Assembly: GCA_014192425.1 (NCBI GenBank)
Contig: BJHK01000001.1
Location: forward strand, 2,623-66,622
From: Planctomycetia bacterium
GTDB taxonomy: Bacteria > Planctomycetota > Planctomycetia > Pirellulales > UBA1268
Direction of reading: 5' to 3'
DNA length: 64,000 nt
The notes under the pieces were generated by a model that searched no databases, had not been told where the DNA came from, and saw only the letters and a list, made by a program, of their open reading frames with translations. Below are positions 1 to 9,580 of this stretch, one piece after another. Position numbers and translations under genes: made by a program. The number at the start of each line of letters is the position of its first letter. Positions within the stretch are counted from its first letter, which is position 1.

Positions 1-83
1 CGCCTCGGCGATCATCGAGACGCAGATCAGCAACTGCCGGCTGTAGGACGGTTGCCGCGACCGCCCTCCTGTGTCCACGATCG

Positions 84-120
84 TTGACAAGGATCATGTC
101 CTTGCTAAGGTAAGGACATG
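84..120 (+). promoter_or_regulatory. candidate promoter and inverted-repeat operator upstream of the first AbrB/PIN pair
   Basis: TTGACA 84-89, 16-nt spacer, TAAGGT 106-111. A perfect 9-bp inverted repeat, CATGTCCTT (95-103) / AAGGACATG (112-120), spans the -10 element and the ATG at 118. Confidence 0.4.
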
Positions 121-405
121 GCAAAGGTCACAAGTAAACTGCAGGTCACGATCCCAAAGGCGATCGCGGATGCGTACGGAATCCGGCCTGGTGCAAGCCT
201 CGACTGGGTTCCGGCCGGGGATTCGATCAGAGTGACTGCAGCCAAACCCGAGTCGGAAGTGGACGTCATACGCCGCCGGCTGGAGGCTTTTGACGAGGCC
301 ACGGCGCGGCAGGCGCTCCGGGATCAGGCCGGCTCGCCGCCGCCCCCAGCGGCCGACCGCGGCTGGACTCGCGAGGATCTCTACGATCGTGGCCGTTCTG
401 GTTGA
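118..405 (+). CDS. AbrB/SpoVT-family antitoxin (VapB-like)
   Basis: 95-aa ORF. The N-terminus KLQVTIPKAIADAYGIRPG is the AbrB/MazE swapped-hairpin motif. It overlaps the downstream PIN gene by 17 nt. Confidence 0.85.
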   Translation: MAKVTSKLQVTIPKAIADAYGIRPGASLDWVPAGDSIRVTAAKPESEVDVIRRRLEAFDEATARQALRDQAGSPPPPAADRGWTREDLYDRGRSG

Positions 406-817
406 TACCAACGTTCTCGTGTATCGCGTCGATCGGCGATTTCCGCAGAAAAGGGCGCGAGCCATGGAGGTGCTCCGGCAGGGGCTTGCCGCCGGCGGGC
501 TGCTCGTTCCGCATCAGGCAGTGATCGAATTTTTCGCCGCCGTCACGCGGCCGCTCCATGGGGGCCAAGCCCTGCTCGGTCGGGCCGACGCGATCCAGGA
601 GACGGAGTCGCTCCTGGAGCAGTTTCCGATCGTCTATCCTGACGAACAAGTCGTTCTCACCGCGCTCCGCGGTATGGCAACCTACGGCCTGTCCTGGTTC
701 GACGCCCATCTGTGGGCCTACGCCGACTCGCGGGGCATCGCCGAGATTCTCAGCGAGGACTTTCAACATGGACGAAAGTACGGCGCTGTCCGCATCATCA
801 ATCCGTTTGCTGATTGA
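389..817 (+). CDS. PIN-domain toxin (VapC-like)
   Basis: GTG at 389 gives VAVLVDTNVLVY, the PIN N-terminal acidic motif. Size (142 aa) and position after an AbrB antitoxin fit. Track ORF 290..817 is over-extended upstream. Confidence 0.85.
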   Translation: MAVLVDTNVLVYRVDRRFPQKRARAMEVLRQGLAAGGLLVPHQAVIEFFAAVTRPLHGGQALLGRADAIQETESLLEQFPIVYPDEQVVLTALRGMATYGLSWFDAHLWAYADSRGIAEILSEDFQHGRKYGAVRIINPFAD

Positions 818-929
818 CTGCGGCTGCCGGGAACTCTTTTGGGCGGGAACGCATCCAAGGCTCCGGTGACAGACGTGCTGGTGGCGGTTGCCGGCCGGGC
901 CCGCGCCGGACCGAGGAAAGCAGCCCTCA

Positions 930-2780
930 ATGCCACATTCACGATTCGCGTTTGCCCTGCTCGTCTTCGCCGCATCGTCGGCGCTGGCCCGCGATGTTCC
1001 CCGTCCGGCAGTTGTGCGGGCCGATGCCGGCGTTGCCGCGATTGCCGACGGGCCGATCCGTGACCCGGCCGGGGTGCAGGGCTATGCGGTCCACGAGTGG
1101 GGCGTGTTCACGATCCAACCCGACCTGGAGATGGCCAACGCGGCGCTGGCCGCCGAATGGGCCGGCTGCCCGCGGGAACTCTACCGCACCGAGCCGCCGA
1201 ACCTGCGGAACCTGCCCTGGCGCGGCGAGGTCGGCAAGCCGCTCGTCTATTTCCACTGGCAGGCAGACGGGCCGCCGCCGGAGCAGGGCCTGACCATGAA
1301 GGTGCGGTTCCCTGCCGGCCGGCCGGTGATCTGGTGGCCGGCGTCGCAGGAAGGTGAGGGAAACCCGCACCGGAAGGTCCATGATTCGCTCTCCTGGCGG
1401 CTGTACCTTCGGCCGTCGCCGGATGGCCCGGCCAACGTCAAGCCACGTGCGCCCGCCGTGACGGCCGACCACTGGTATGCCAAGGCGCGGATGGTAAAGG
1501 CGGAGCCCGTGGTGTCTTGGGGCGGGCACGCACGGGGAGCACACCTCGACGCCGAGCAGTTCGTCTACTACGACGGCCTCATGACACCGCTGGCGTTTCT
1601 CCGGGCCCGCCGCACCGCGACCGGCAACCTCGTGCTCGACAACACGGCCCCCTATCCGCTCCATGAACTGTGGTGCGTCGATCACACGGGCGACACACGC
1701 ACGGGTCCCGGGCCGCGGCTGGCCCGCGTGCCGCTTGTGCCCGTGGGCACGAAGGAGATCGTGCCCGAATGGCGGGTGGTCCCCGCCGCCGACTGGGCCG
1801 CCGCCACGGCCGAGCAATTCGCGGCCGACCTCGAAAAGACCGGGCTGCACGCCGACGAGGCCCGGTCGCTCGTCGCCATCTGGCAACCGGGATTCTTTCA
1901 TGCCCCGGGGCTGACGCTCTTCTATCGGCTGCCGCAGCGGGAGTATGACCGCGTGACTACCATCGCGCTCGACCCCGTGCCGGAGACGCTTGTCCGCGTC
2001 GGGATCGTGCTTCACGCGCACGCGGAGCCTGAGCGGGCCGCCGCGAAACAGCAGTCCGGCGGCGGCGCAGCCACGCCAGCAGAGCTTGCTCGACCTGTCG
2101 GCCCGCAGATGCAGCCGCTGGGCCTCGAAAAAGTACTCACCGTCGCCGAGGCTGAAAAACTGGCCGTAACGAATCACGACCTCTCGCTGTTCGGCCTCTC
2201 CAGCCTGGCGGCCGACGTGGCGGCCACTCTCGCGCCGCATCGCCACACGTTGCGGGCACCAGGCATTGTGCACCTCAACGCCGAGGTCGCCGCGGCGCTG
2301 GCCCGGCATGTCGGGCCGGTCGACCTTCCCGATCTGCGCCGGCTCGAGTCGGTGGACTTGGCCCGCAGACTGGCGATGCAGGACAACGCCTACGCCCTCG
2401 TCGCCGCCTCGGAGTTCGCGCCCGACGTGGCGGCGGCCCTCGTCTCGAGCGAGCACTGGATCGGCCGTCAGCCCCGGCTCGCCGTGCTCTCGCCTGAAGT
2501 CGCGGCCATTCTGGCGGCGTCGCGGAAGTGGGACGGCCAGCTTCCGGGCGTGACGGAGCTCACCGCGGCCGATTCGGTCGCCGTGGCGGCGGCGCTGGCC
2601 ACGCGGCCGGGCGTGCTCGCGCTGCCGAATCTCAAGAAGATCTCACCGAAGACGCTCTCCGCACTGATCGAGAAGCAGGACGTGGAGATCCCCCGGATCG
2701 AGACGTTGGAACTGATCCCCGAGCCGGACGGCAGCCCGACGGATGACTTCGTCGTGCCGGAGGGTTTTCAGCAACGGTAG
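930..2780 (+). CDS. secreted protein of unknown function with C-terminal degenerate Leu/Ala-rich repeats
   Basis: Internal ATG at 930 gives the signal peptide MPHSRFAFALLVFAASSALA. The C-terminal third repeats L-x-x-L-(S/T)-x-(D/E)-VAAALA-x-H/R-x-G-x-L modules. No enzyme motif recognised. Confidence 0.7.
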   Translation: MPHSRFAFALLVFAASSALARDVPRPAVVRADAGVAAIADGPIRDPAGVQGYAVHEWGVFTIQPDLEMANAALAAEWAGCPRELYRTEPPNLRNLPWRGEVGKPLVYFHWQADGPPPEQGLTMKVRFPAGRPVIWWPASQEGEGNPHRKVHDSLSWRLYLRPSPDGPANVKPRAPAVTADHWYAKARMVKAEPVVSWGGHARGAHLDAEQFVYYDGLMTPLAFLRARRTATGNLVLDNTAPYPLHELWCVDHTGDTRTGPGPRLARVPLVPVGTKEIVPEWRVVPAADWAAATAEQFAADLEKTGLHADEARSLVAIWQPGFFHAPGLTLFYRLPQREYDRVTTIALDPVPETLVRVGIVLHAHAEPERAAAKQQSGGGAATPAELARPVGPQMQPLGLEKVLTVAEAEKLAVTNHDLSLFGLSSLAADVAATLAPHRHTLRAPGIVHLNAEVAAALARHVGPVDLPDLRRLESVDLARRLAMQDNAYALVAASEFAPDVAAALVSSEHWIGRQPRLAVLSPEVAAILAASRKWDGQLPGVTELTAADSVAVAAALATRPGVLALPNLKKISPKTLSALIEKQDVEIPRIETLELIPEPDGSPTDDFVVPEGFQQR

Positions 2781-2849
2781 CAGCGGTAGCGGTGGGCTCG
2801 CGCCGGGCTTTCGCTTGACGGAACGACGGTAGAGCAATACCATTCTGGC

Positions 2850-3113
2850 ATGAAAACTACCATCGACGGTGCCGGGCGGGTCGTCGTTCCCAAGGCGGTC
2901 CGTGATCGGCTGGCGCTGACGGCCGGTGTGGAGATCGAGGTCGAGCTCTTCGGGGACGGCGTGCTGCTGCGTCCCGCGGCAGGCGGATCGGCGATCGTCG
3001 TCGAAGACGGTGTTCTCGTCCACCGGGGCGGCGGACCGAACGCGCTCGACGTGGCTGCGTTCATTCGGGCGGCGCGGGCCGAGCACGCGGCGCAGCGTGC
3101 AGGCGGGCGATGA
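2850..3113 (+). CDS. AbrB/SpoVT-family antitoxin (VapB-like), second copy
   Basis: MKTTIDGAGRVVVPKAVRDRLAL motif. ATGA overlap with the next gene at 3110-3113. Confidence 0.8.
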   Translation: MKTTIDGAGRVVVPKAVRDRLALTAGVEIEVELFGDGVLLRPAAGGSAIVVEDGVLVHRGGGPNALDVAAFIRAARAEHAAQRAGGR

Positions 3114-3553
3114 AAGTCCTGTTCGATACGTCGGCCCTCGTCACGGCCGTGGTCAGCCAGTTGCCTCATCATGCCGCGGCTCTCGCCTGCTATCGACGTC
3201 ATCGCAAGTCGGGCCGCGTTCGGTCCGGGTTGTGTACGACGCACGCGCTGGCGGAAAGTTATGCCACGCTGACGGCGCTGCCGCTGTCGCCCCGGATCGC
3301 CCCTGCCGATGCCGTTCGGCTCGTGGCTGAAAATTTCCTCGCACATCTCGACGTCGTGGCCCTCGAGGCCAGTGACTACAAATCCGCGCTGGAGCGGGTG
3401 GCACTGCTGGGGCTGGCCAGCGGCGTGGTCTACGACGCCCTGCATCTGGCATGTGCCGAGCGCCTTGGGTGCGACCGGCTCTACACGTACAACCTCGGCG
3501 ACTTCACACGACTCGTTCCGCGAGGCACGAAGGTCGTCGTTCCTGGCGCCTGA
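3110..3553 (+). CDS. PIN-domain toxin (VapC-like), second copy
   Basis: MKVLFDTSALV N-terminus, later YDALHLACAE acidic motif, 147 aa. Translationally coupled to the antitoxin. Confidence 0.85.
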   Translation: MKVLFDTSALVTAVVSQLPHHAAALACYRRHRKSGRVRSGLCTTHALAESYATLTALPLSPRIAPADAVRLVAENFLAHLDVVALEASDYKSALERVALLGLASGVVYDALHLACAERLGCDRLYTYNLGDFTRLVPRGTKVVVPGA

Positions 3554-3598
3554 CGCCGGGACGGCGGCGCCGGCGCGACCGCCAGCCAGCCAGCCGTC

Positions 3599-4870
3599 TC
3601 ACCCCAGGCTGCCGGCAATGACGCGGCCGGCGCGGAGCGTGGCCACGACACGCGTCGCCGGGTCGAGCGCCGCCGCGGCGGGATCGTCGTGATGATGGAC
3701 CGGCCTGAGCACGACGAGATCCGCCGGCCGGCCCACGGCGATCCGGCCACTTGTCCGCTCGAGCAAGAGCGCCCAGGCGGCGTCGTGTGTCGCCATCGCC
3801 AACGCCTCGTCCGGCCGGGCGAGTCCCGCGTCGACGAGCGTGCGGCACTCGCCAAGCACCGAGAGGTCGGGATTGGACCCGCGGCCGTCGGTGCCGATCG
3901 CCACGCGGACGCCGGCCGCGCGAAACGCCGCCACGGGAGGCAGCACGCCCGACAGGGCCCGCGTCGTCCGCGGGCAGACGACGACCGCGAGCCGGTCGCG
4001 GTGCCGGGCCAGCCGGGCGAGGGCCGCTTCGTCGTCGGGCAAGTGGGTCCCATGAACGATGATCCCGCGCGGTGCCCGGGCCAGCCGCGAGATCCAGTCG
4101 GCCGTGGAGAACAGCCGCGGCGCGGTATCCCTCGGCCAGGCTCCGAGGTCGTCGAGCAGCGTGCGAAAATCGCCGCTCGAGTCCGTGAGCAATCGGGCCT
4201 CGGCCCGGCTCTCGGCGACGTGCATCGCCACCGGCAGCCGGCGCCGGGCGATCTCCCGGGCCACTCGGGCCGCGAGCGGTGCGGCGACCGTGTAGGGGGC
4301 ATGGGGGGAGATGCCGGCGGCGAGGCCCCTGGCGACGAGCCGGTCGAGGTCTGCGGCAAGATTGCGGCTGCCCGGCCCCCCGTCCGCCGCCAGCCCGAGC
4401 GCCTCGCGAAACACCCGCAGCCGCGGTCCGGCCGCGGCATAGGCGGCGATCGCCTCGGGGCCGAAGTCGGTGGCGATCTCGCCGATCGCCGTCACGCCGG
4501 CCGCGGCCGACTCGGCGCAGCCGGCACGGATCGCGGCCGCGACGTCGCCTGCCGAATCCTGCGCTGAACCCTCTGCCCGGCCGCGGCGCAGGGCCACGAT
4601 GCGGCGAATCCACCCCGGCAGGCCGCCGGCAGCGTCGAGCGGCGCGGTCAGCGCGGAAAACTCGAGGTGCGTGTGGGCGTTGACGAGGCCGGGAAGGATG
4701 ATCGCGTTGCCGAGATCGATCACCTGTCGTGCCGGGCCGGCCTGGGCGGGCCGGCCCCGGCCGATCGCCCGAATGCGGCCGGCCTCGACGAGCAACCAGC
4801 CGTTTTCGATCGCCACTCCCATGCCCGGGAGCAGGTGCCGGGCGCGGAGCACGACGCTCGCGGGCGTCAC
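3599..4870 (-). CDS. amidohydrolase-superfamily deaminase (context suggests aminodeoxyfutalosine deaminase)
   Basis: ILPGLVNAHTHLEFS metal-binding HxH motif, 423 aa. 4-nt overlap with the upstream radical SAM gene. Confidence 0.8.
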   Translation of the reverse strand: MTPASVVLRARHLLPGMGVAIENGWLLVEAGRIRAIGRGRPAQAGPARQVIDLGNAIILPGLVNAHTHLEFSALTAPLDAAGGLPGWIRRIVALRRGRAEGSAQDSAGDVAAAIRAGCAESAAAGVTAIGEIATDFGPEAIAAYAAAGPRLRVFREALGLAADGGPGSRNLAADLDRLVARGLAAGISPHAPYTVAAPLAARVAREIARRRLPVAMHVAESRAEARLLTDSSGDFRTLLDDLGAWPRDTAPRLFSTADWISRLARAPRGIIVHGTHLPDDEAALARLARHRDRLAVVVCPRTTRALSGVLPPVAAFRAAGVRVAIGTDGRGSNPDLSVLGECRTLVDAGLARPDEALAMATHDAAWALLLERTSGRIAVGRPADLVVLRPVHHHDDPAAAALDPATRVVATLRAGRVIAGSLG

Positions 4871-6006
4871 GTCGCCGTCGCCAGCACGGGGAGAACCGGC
4901 CCGCGCCGCTCCGCGACAGCCAGTGAGGCGGGCTCGTCCTCGAAGAGTTCGTAGAAGACGTTGCGCCGCCGGGGGATCCAGCCGAGCTCGGAGATCGCCG
5001 AGCGGATCTGCTCGAGCGTCAGGTGGTGGACCGTGCCGGCGGCACTGACGACGTTCTCCTCGAGCATCAGGCTGCCCATGTCGTTGGCGCCGTACAGCAG
5101 GGCGAGCTGGCCGATCTCACGGCCCTGCGTCACCCAGCTCGACTGGATGTTGGCGACGTTGTCGAGATACAGCCGCGCCACGGCCTGCGTCTTCAGATAC
5201 TCGAAGGCGCCGGCCGGGGGGATGTCGGCCATCTCGGTGTTGTCGGGCTGGAACGACCAGCAGATGAACGCGGTGAAACCCCCCGTCTCGTCCTGCACCG
5301 CGCGGATCCGCTCCAGGTGCTCGACCCGCTCGGCAAGCGTCTCGATGTGGCCGAACATCATCGTCGCCGTGCTTCGGCCGCCGAGGGCGTGCCACTGGCG
5401 GTGGACCTCCAACCAGTCGTCGGTCATCACCTTGCCCCGGGTCATCGCCGCCCGGACCCGGTCGACCAGGATCTCGCCGCCGCCGCCGGGGAGCGATCCG
5501 AGGCCAGCCCGGGCGAGCCGCTCCAGCACCTCGCGGAGCGGCCGTTTGGAGATCTTCGTGAAGTGATGGATCTCGGGGGGCGAGAAGCCGTGGACGTTGA
5601 CCTGCGGGAACCGATCCTTGATGTCGCGGAGCAGGTCCTCGTACCACTCGAGCGTGAGCGTCGGATGGAGCCCGCCCTGGAGAAGAATCTGATCTCCGCC
5701 GACGTCGACCATCTCGCCGATCTTCCCCATCAGCGTCTGTCGGTCGAGGACGTAGCCCTCGGGATGCTTCGGCCCCCGGTAGAACGCGCAGAAGTCGCAG
5801 ACCGCGGTGCAGACGTTGGTGTAGTTGATGTTGCGGTCGATGTTGTACGTCCGATACGGCTCTGGATGGAGCCGACGCGTCACGGCGTCGGCGGCCCGGC
5901 CGATGGCGGCGAGTTCGTTCGATTCGAGGAGCCGGACGGCGTCGGCTTCCGCGAGGCGGCGGCCGGCGAGGGTCTCGTCGAGGATCGTGCGGATGGAACG
6001 CATCAT
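4867..6006 (-). CDS. radical SAM enzyme of the MqnE/MqnC family (futalosine pathway)
   Basis: NYTNVCTAVCDFCAF CxxxCxxC cluster. Full-length similarity by eye to aminofutalosine synthase / cyclic dehypoxanthinyl futalosine synthase. Overlaps mqnA and the amidohydrolase by 4 nt each. Confidence 0.85.
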   Translation of the reverse strand: MMRSIRTILDETLAGRRLAEADAVRLLESNELAAIGRAADAVTRRLHPEPYRTYNIDRNINYTNVCTAVCDFCAFYRGPKHPEGYVLDRQTLMGKIGEMVDVGGDQILLQGGLHPTLTLEWYEDLLRDIKDRFPQVNVHGFSPPEIHHFTKISKRPLREVLERLARAGLGSLPGGGGEILVDRVRAAMTRGKVMTDDWLEVHRQWHALGGRSTATMMFGHIETLAERVEHLERIRAVQDETGGFTAFICWSFQPDNTEMADIPPAGAFEYLKTQAVARLYLDNVANIQSSWVTQGREIGQLALLYGANDMGSLMLEENVVSAAGTVHHLTLEQIRSAISELGWIPRRRNVFYELFEDEPASLAVAERRGPVLPVLATAT

Positions 6007-6848
6007 GAACCGTGGCGGGCCGGGGCAGTCCGGGAGGACGCGGCGGCAGGGCCCGCCGGGGCGAGACCGAGCCGGGCGGCATGCCGCTGAAACAGCGCCA
6101 CCGCGTCCCGTTCCCGCGGGCCGAGATCATAGTGCAGATTGTCGGCGAGGTACGAGTGGCACTGGGCGACCGTCAGCCCGTGGGGCGCCGCCTCGGCCGC
6201 AGCGATCGCCGCGAGATTCGCCCGCCCCGCGTCGCGGGCCGCGGCCAGGATCCGGTCGAGGCCTGCCGTGAACGTTCCCCGCCGCGCCGCCCAGACGGCG
6301 AACACGAAGGGAAGCCCGGTCCAGCGGCACCACTCGTCGCCGAGGTCCCAGGCGAGTTGGAACGCCCCGCCATCGGTGCCCCGGCCGATGGCCCGGTCAC
6401 CGATGAGGAGCACGGCGTCGGCCTGACTGTCGCCGAGGCCGCTGCCGATCGGCAGCGTCTCGATCCGCGGCCGGATGCCGAACCGCTCGGCGAGCAGGAT
6501 GCGGGCCAGTGCCGCGCTCGTCCGCGAGCCCTCGTCGACGGCCAGCGTCGTGACGCGATGCACCGCCGTGCGGAAGAACAACTTGACGCTCATCACCGGT
6601 CCCCGACAGGCGATGCAGGCATCCGAGACGACGCGATAGCCGTCGCCGCGAAACAGTTCGACGGTCGGAATCAGGGCGACGTCGAGGCGACCCGCGGCCA
6701 GTTGGTCGGCCAGCCGGCTGGGCAGGTCGAAGCGGACGTCGAGGCCGGCTTGAGAGAGCCCGTGCACCAACGGCCGGGTGTTCAGGTACTGAACGGCCCC
6801 GAGACGGAGCCGGGCGGACGGACCACTCCTCACGTCCGTGGAAATCAT
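6003..6848 (-). CDS. mqnA: chorismate dehydratase MqnA
   Basis: LRLGAVQYLNTRPLVHGL ... LDVALIPTVE ... VVSDACIACRGPVMSVKLF is typical of MqnA. The start is ambiguous (ATG at 6848, 6869 or 6923). Confidence 0.8.
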   Translation of the reverse strand: MISTDVRSGPSARLRLGAVQYLNTRPLVHGLSQAGLDVRFDLPSRLADQLAAGRLDVALIPTVELFRGDGYRVVSDACIACRGPVMSVKLFFRTAVHRVTTLAVDEGSRTSAALARILLAERFGIRPRIETLPIGSGLGDSQADAVLLIGDRAIGRGTDGGAFQLAWDLGDEWCRWTGLPFVFAVWAARRGTFTAGLDRILAAARDAGRANLAAIAAAEAAPHGLTVAQCHSYLADNLHYDLGPRERDAVALFQRHAARLGLAPAGPAAASSRTAPARHGS

Positions 6849-7002
6849 CCTGCCGGCTGCATCGACCATGGCACCCTCGTCCTTCCTACTGGGAAACCGC
6901 AGACGGAGGGGGACGGTAACCAAAATCTGGGGCAGGGAACACCCCGCACTCGAGCGCTGGCGGCTGCCCCGGGCCCCGGCGTGTGGAGGGGCCGGGCGGC
7001 CA

Positions 7003-8784
7003 TCAGGGCTCCAGTCGGCGGAACGCCCGAAGCCCGAGCCGGAGCGGAACGAACGTCGCCAGCAGGCCGAGCAGGCCCACCATGGCGGCGGCGGCCGCCC
7101 AGCCCCACGGCCCCCCCGCCCAGCCGACCAGTCCCGAAGCCGCCCGGCCGGAGAAGGAGGAGAACAGGCTGGCGAGCAGGGCGAAGTGGGTTGGTACGGC
7201 CGCCACGATGACGACCACCATGATGAACAATGAACTGACGACGAGGCACAGCGTGCCCCCGAACCCGGAGGCGATCTTGGCGGCGGACAGCTCGCGGAAG
7301 TCGGGCATCCGGGCCCCGAGGCCGACGGCGATTCCCGACAGGCCGAGGCAGAGCACCACGCAGGTGAACAACTGCAGCACCGTCGCCGCCGCGGGAATGC
7401 CGAGCATCGCGTTGCTGAGCAACACCAGCCCGCAGCAGGGAAGCAGGCTGCCGCCGAAGGAGAAGAGGAATTTCGACCACACGATCTGGTCGCGGTGCAC
7501 CGGCAGCAGGCCGAGGATCCAGAACCGCCGACCCTCGAGGCTGATCATCGGGTAGACGAACCGGGTGGTGAAGGTGGAGAGGATCAGGCCGACGACGGCG
7601 AGGTTGAGAAAGCCGATCATCGATGCGTAGGCGTTGTGGTAGTGGAACGAGCGGAGGTTGAGGAAGTACAGGCCGAGAAGGCCGAAGAAAATCAGGAACT
7701 GCGACCACTGGGCAATGTCGCGGCGAAACAGCCGCAGGTCCTTGACGAGCAGCAGCCGGAGCGGCCGCGTGCGGGCCGAGCCCGCCCAGACCAGGGCCTC
7801 GTCGAGCCACGACACCCGCCGGCGCCGGCGGCGCGGCGCCTCGGCTGCCAGCCCGCTGAAGCCGCGCCGATAGACGAGCCCCGCAAGCCGGCCGGCGAGC
7901 ATGTGGAGGAACAGGGCGTTGGCGACGAGGAGCGAAAGGAACCAGGCCGCCTCACGCAACGCGGCGGCCGCGCGCAGGCCGCCGCGCGAACCCGCAGCGG
8001 CCTCGAGCAGGCCCGAGGCCAGCCACCAACTGGGGAGCAGTTTCTGCTCGGAGAACGCCAGCCGCGAGAAGGTCTGCTCGAACCAGGCGTTGGGCAGGGA
8101 CGTCGCGGCGTCGGCGACATTGCCGCTGGAGATCGACCAGCCTAGCCAGAGCACGGCCGCGCAGCAGGCGACGAGGGCCGCCGTCAGGGCATGGACGCGG
8201 AGCCGCGGCAGCCATGCAACCAGCGCCATGCAGGCGATGCCGCCGACCGCCGTCGGGATGGCGACGAAGGAGAGCATGAACACCGGCAGCATGGCGTAAT
8301 ACGGCCAGCCCGCCCCCTGTTCCATGCCGAAGGCGACGAGCAGCGGGCTGCCGAGGAGCAGGAAACCCCAGCCGGCGAACCACAGCGCCTCCTGCGCCTT
8401 GTGGGCGAAGAGGGCCTCGGCACGGATCGGCAGCGTCATCAGGAGCCTGGCCTCCGTCGAGCAGTACAACCCGCTGTACAGGAGGATCCCGGAGGAGAAG
8501 ACGAGCATCAGCGTCAGCGAGAGGAAGAAGGCGTTGAACAGCAGCGACACGACGTCGGCGTGCAGTTCGCGGAGGAAGCGGAAGCCCTCCAGCGAGAGGA
8601 CGAAGATCGCCCCCCAGAAGATGCAGCTCAACACCGCGGCCAGGCTCATCCGCAGCCGGGCGACACCGAACAGCGAGCGCAGCGTCTCCCAGGCGAGGGT
8701 CGCCCGGAGCCGGAGCAGGAGCCGGGCCTCGGCCTCGGTGGAGAGCAGGCGGACGAAGCCCCCGGCTGGAACGCTCCCCTTCAT
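7003..8784 (-). CDS. large polytopic membrane protein, putative ABC exporter permease (two 6-TM-like halves)
   Basis: 593 aa, many hydrophobic segments, an Arg-rich linker (APRRRRRRVSW) mid-protein. Lies 37 nt downstream of an ABC ATPase gene. Confidence 0.75.
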   Translation of the reverse strand: MKGSVPAGGFVRLLSTEAEARLLLRLRATLAWETLRSLFGVARLRMSLAAVLSCIFWGAIFVLSLEGFRFLRELHADVVSLLFNAFFLSLTLMLVFSSGILLYSGLYCSTEARLLMTLPIRAEALFAHKAQEALWFAGWGFLLLGSPLLVAFGMEQGAGWPYYAMLPVFMLSFVAIPTAVGGIACMALVAWLPRLRVHALTAALVACCAAVLWLGWSISSGNVADAATSLPNAWFEQTFSRLAFSEQKLLPSWWLASGLLEAAAGSRGGLRAAAALREAAWFLSLLVANALFLHMLAGRLAGLVYRRGFSGLAAEAPRRRRRRVSWLDEALVWAGSARTRPLRLLLVKDLRLFRRDIAQWSQFLIFFGLLGLYFLNLRSFHYHNAYASMIGFLNLAVVGLILSTFTTRFVYPMISLEGRRFWILGLLPVHRDQIVWSKFLFSFGGSLLPCCGLVLLSNAMLGIPAAATVLQLFTCVVLCLGLSGIAVGLGARMPDFRELSAAKIASGFGGTLCLVVSSLFIMVVVIVAAVPTHFALLASLFSSFSGRAASGLVGWAGGPWGWAAAAAMVGLLGLLATFVPLRLGLRAFRRLEP

Positions 8785-8821
8785 GCCGCAGCCCGCCCTG
8801 GGAATCCGGGCGCGAGTGCTG

Positions 8822-9580
8822 TCACGGGAGCAGCCCCCCGTGCCCCTCCGGGCCGGTGCGGTCCGCCGTCAGTTGCAGGTACAGCTGCTCGAGGTTCATG
8901 CTCTCCACCGCCACCTGGGCCCGCAGTTCGGGGATCGTGCCGAGGAACCGCAGCCGGCCGTGGACCATGATGCAGACCCGGTCGGCGAGTTCCTCCGCCA
9001 TGGCGAGCGTGTGCGTCGACATGAACACCGTCATGCCCTCGGCGACCCGCTCGCGGAGCAGGTCCTTGACGATCCGCACGCTCCGCGGGTCGAGGCCCAC
9101 CATCGGCTCGTCGAGGACCAGGACCTGGGGGTCGTGGAGCAGCGAGGCGGCGAACACGAGCCGTTGCTTCATGCCGAGCGAGTAGCTCTCGGCGAGGTCG
9201 TCGATGAACTCGCCGAGCTCGAAGTGGCCGATCTCCCGGTCGATTGCCCGGCGGGACGCGGTCCGCGGCATGCCGAACATGTCGGCGATGAAGCAGAGGA
9301 ACTCCCGGCCGGTGAGTTTGTCGTACAGGCAGGGCTCGTCGGGCACGTAGCCGAGCTGCAGGTGGGCGGCCCGCGGGTCGCGGACCGTGTCGTGGCCGCA
9401 GACGCGGATCGCCCCCGCCGAGGGCCGCAGCAGGCCGACGAGCATGCGGATGGTGGTCGTCTTGCCGGCACCGTTCGGCCCAAGGAGCGCGAACAACTCC
9501 CCGCGCGGGATCGACAGCGACAGGTCAGCCACGGCGGTCCGCGTGGCGTACATCCGGCTGACGTGATCGAACTCGATCAT
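8822..9580 (-). CDS. ABC transporter ATP-binding protein
   Basis: ATG at 9580 (MIEFDHVSRMY). Walker A GPNGAGKTT, signature YSLGMKQRL, Walker B VLVLDEP. ATGA overlap with the upstream gene at 9577-9580. Confidence 0.9.
   Translation of the reverse strand: MIEFDHVSRMYATRTAVADLSLSIPRGELFALLGPNGAGKTTTIRMLVGLLRPSAGAIRVCGHDTVRDPRAAHLQLGYVPDEPCLYDKLTGREFLCFIADMFGMPRTASRRAIDREIGHFELGEFIDDLAESYSLGMKQRLVFAASLLHDPQVLVLDEPMVGLDPRSVRIVKDLLRERVAEGMTVFMSTHTLAMAEELADRVCIMVHGRLRFLGTIPELRAQVAVESMNLEQLYLQLTADRTGPEGHGGLLP

Noticed and set aside
939-6090. Several long ORFs (939..2456 -, 3481..4613 -, 5023..6090 +, 5117..6130 -) overlapping the secreted protein and mqn genes
   Set aside because: These are alternative-frame or antisense shadows of genes with recognisable motifs. 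They have no domains and biased Arg/Pro composition.
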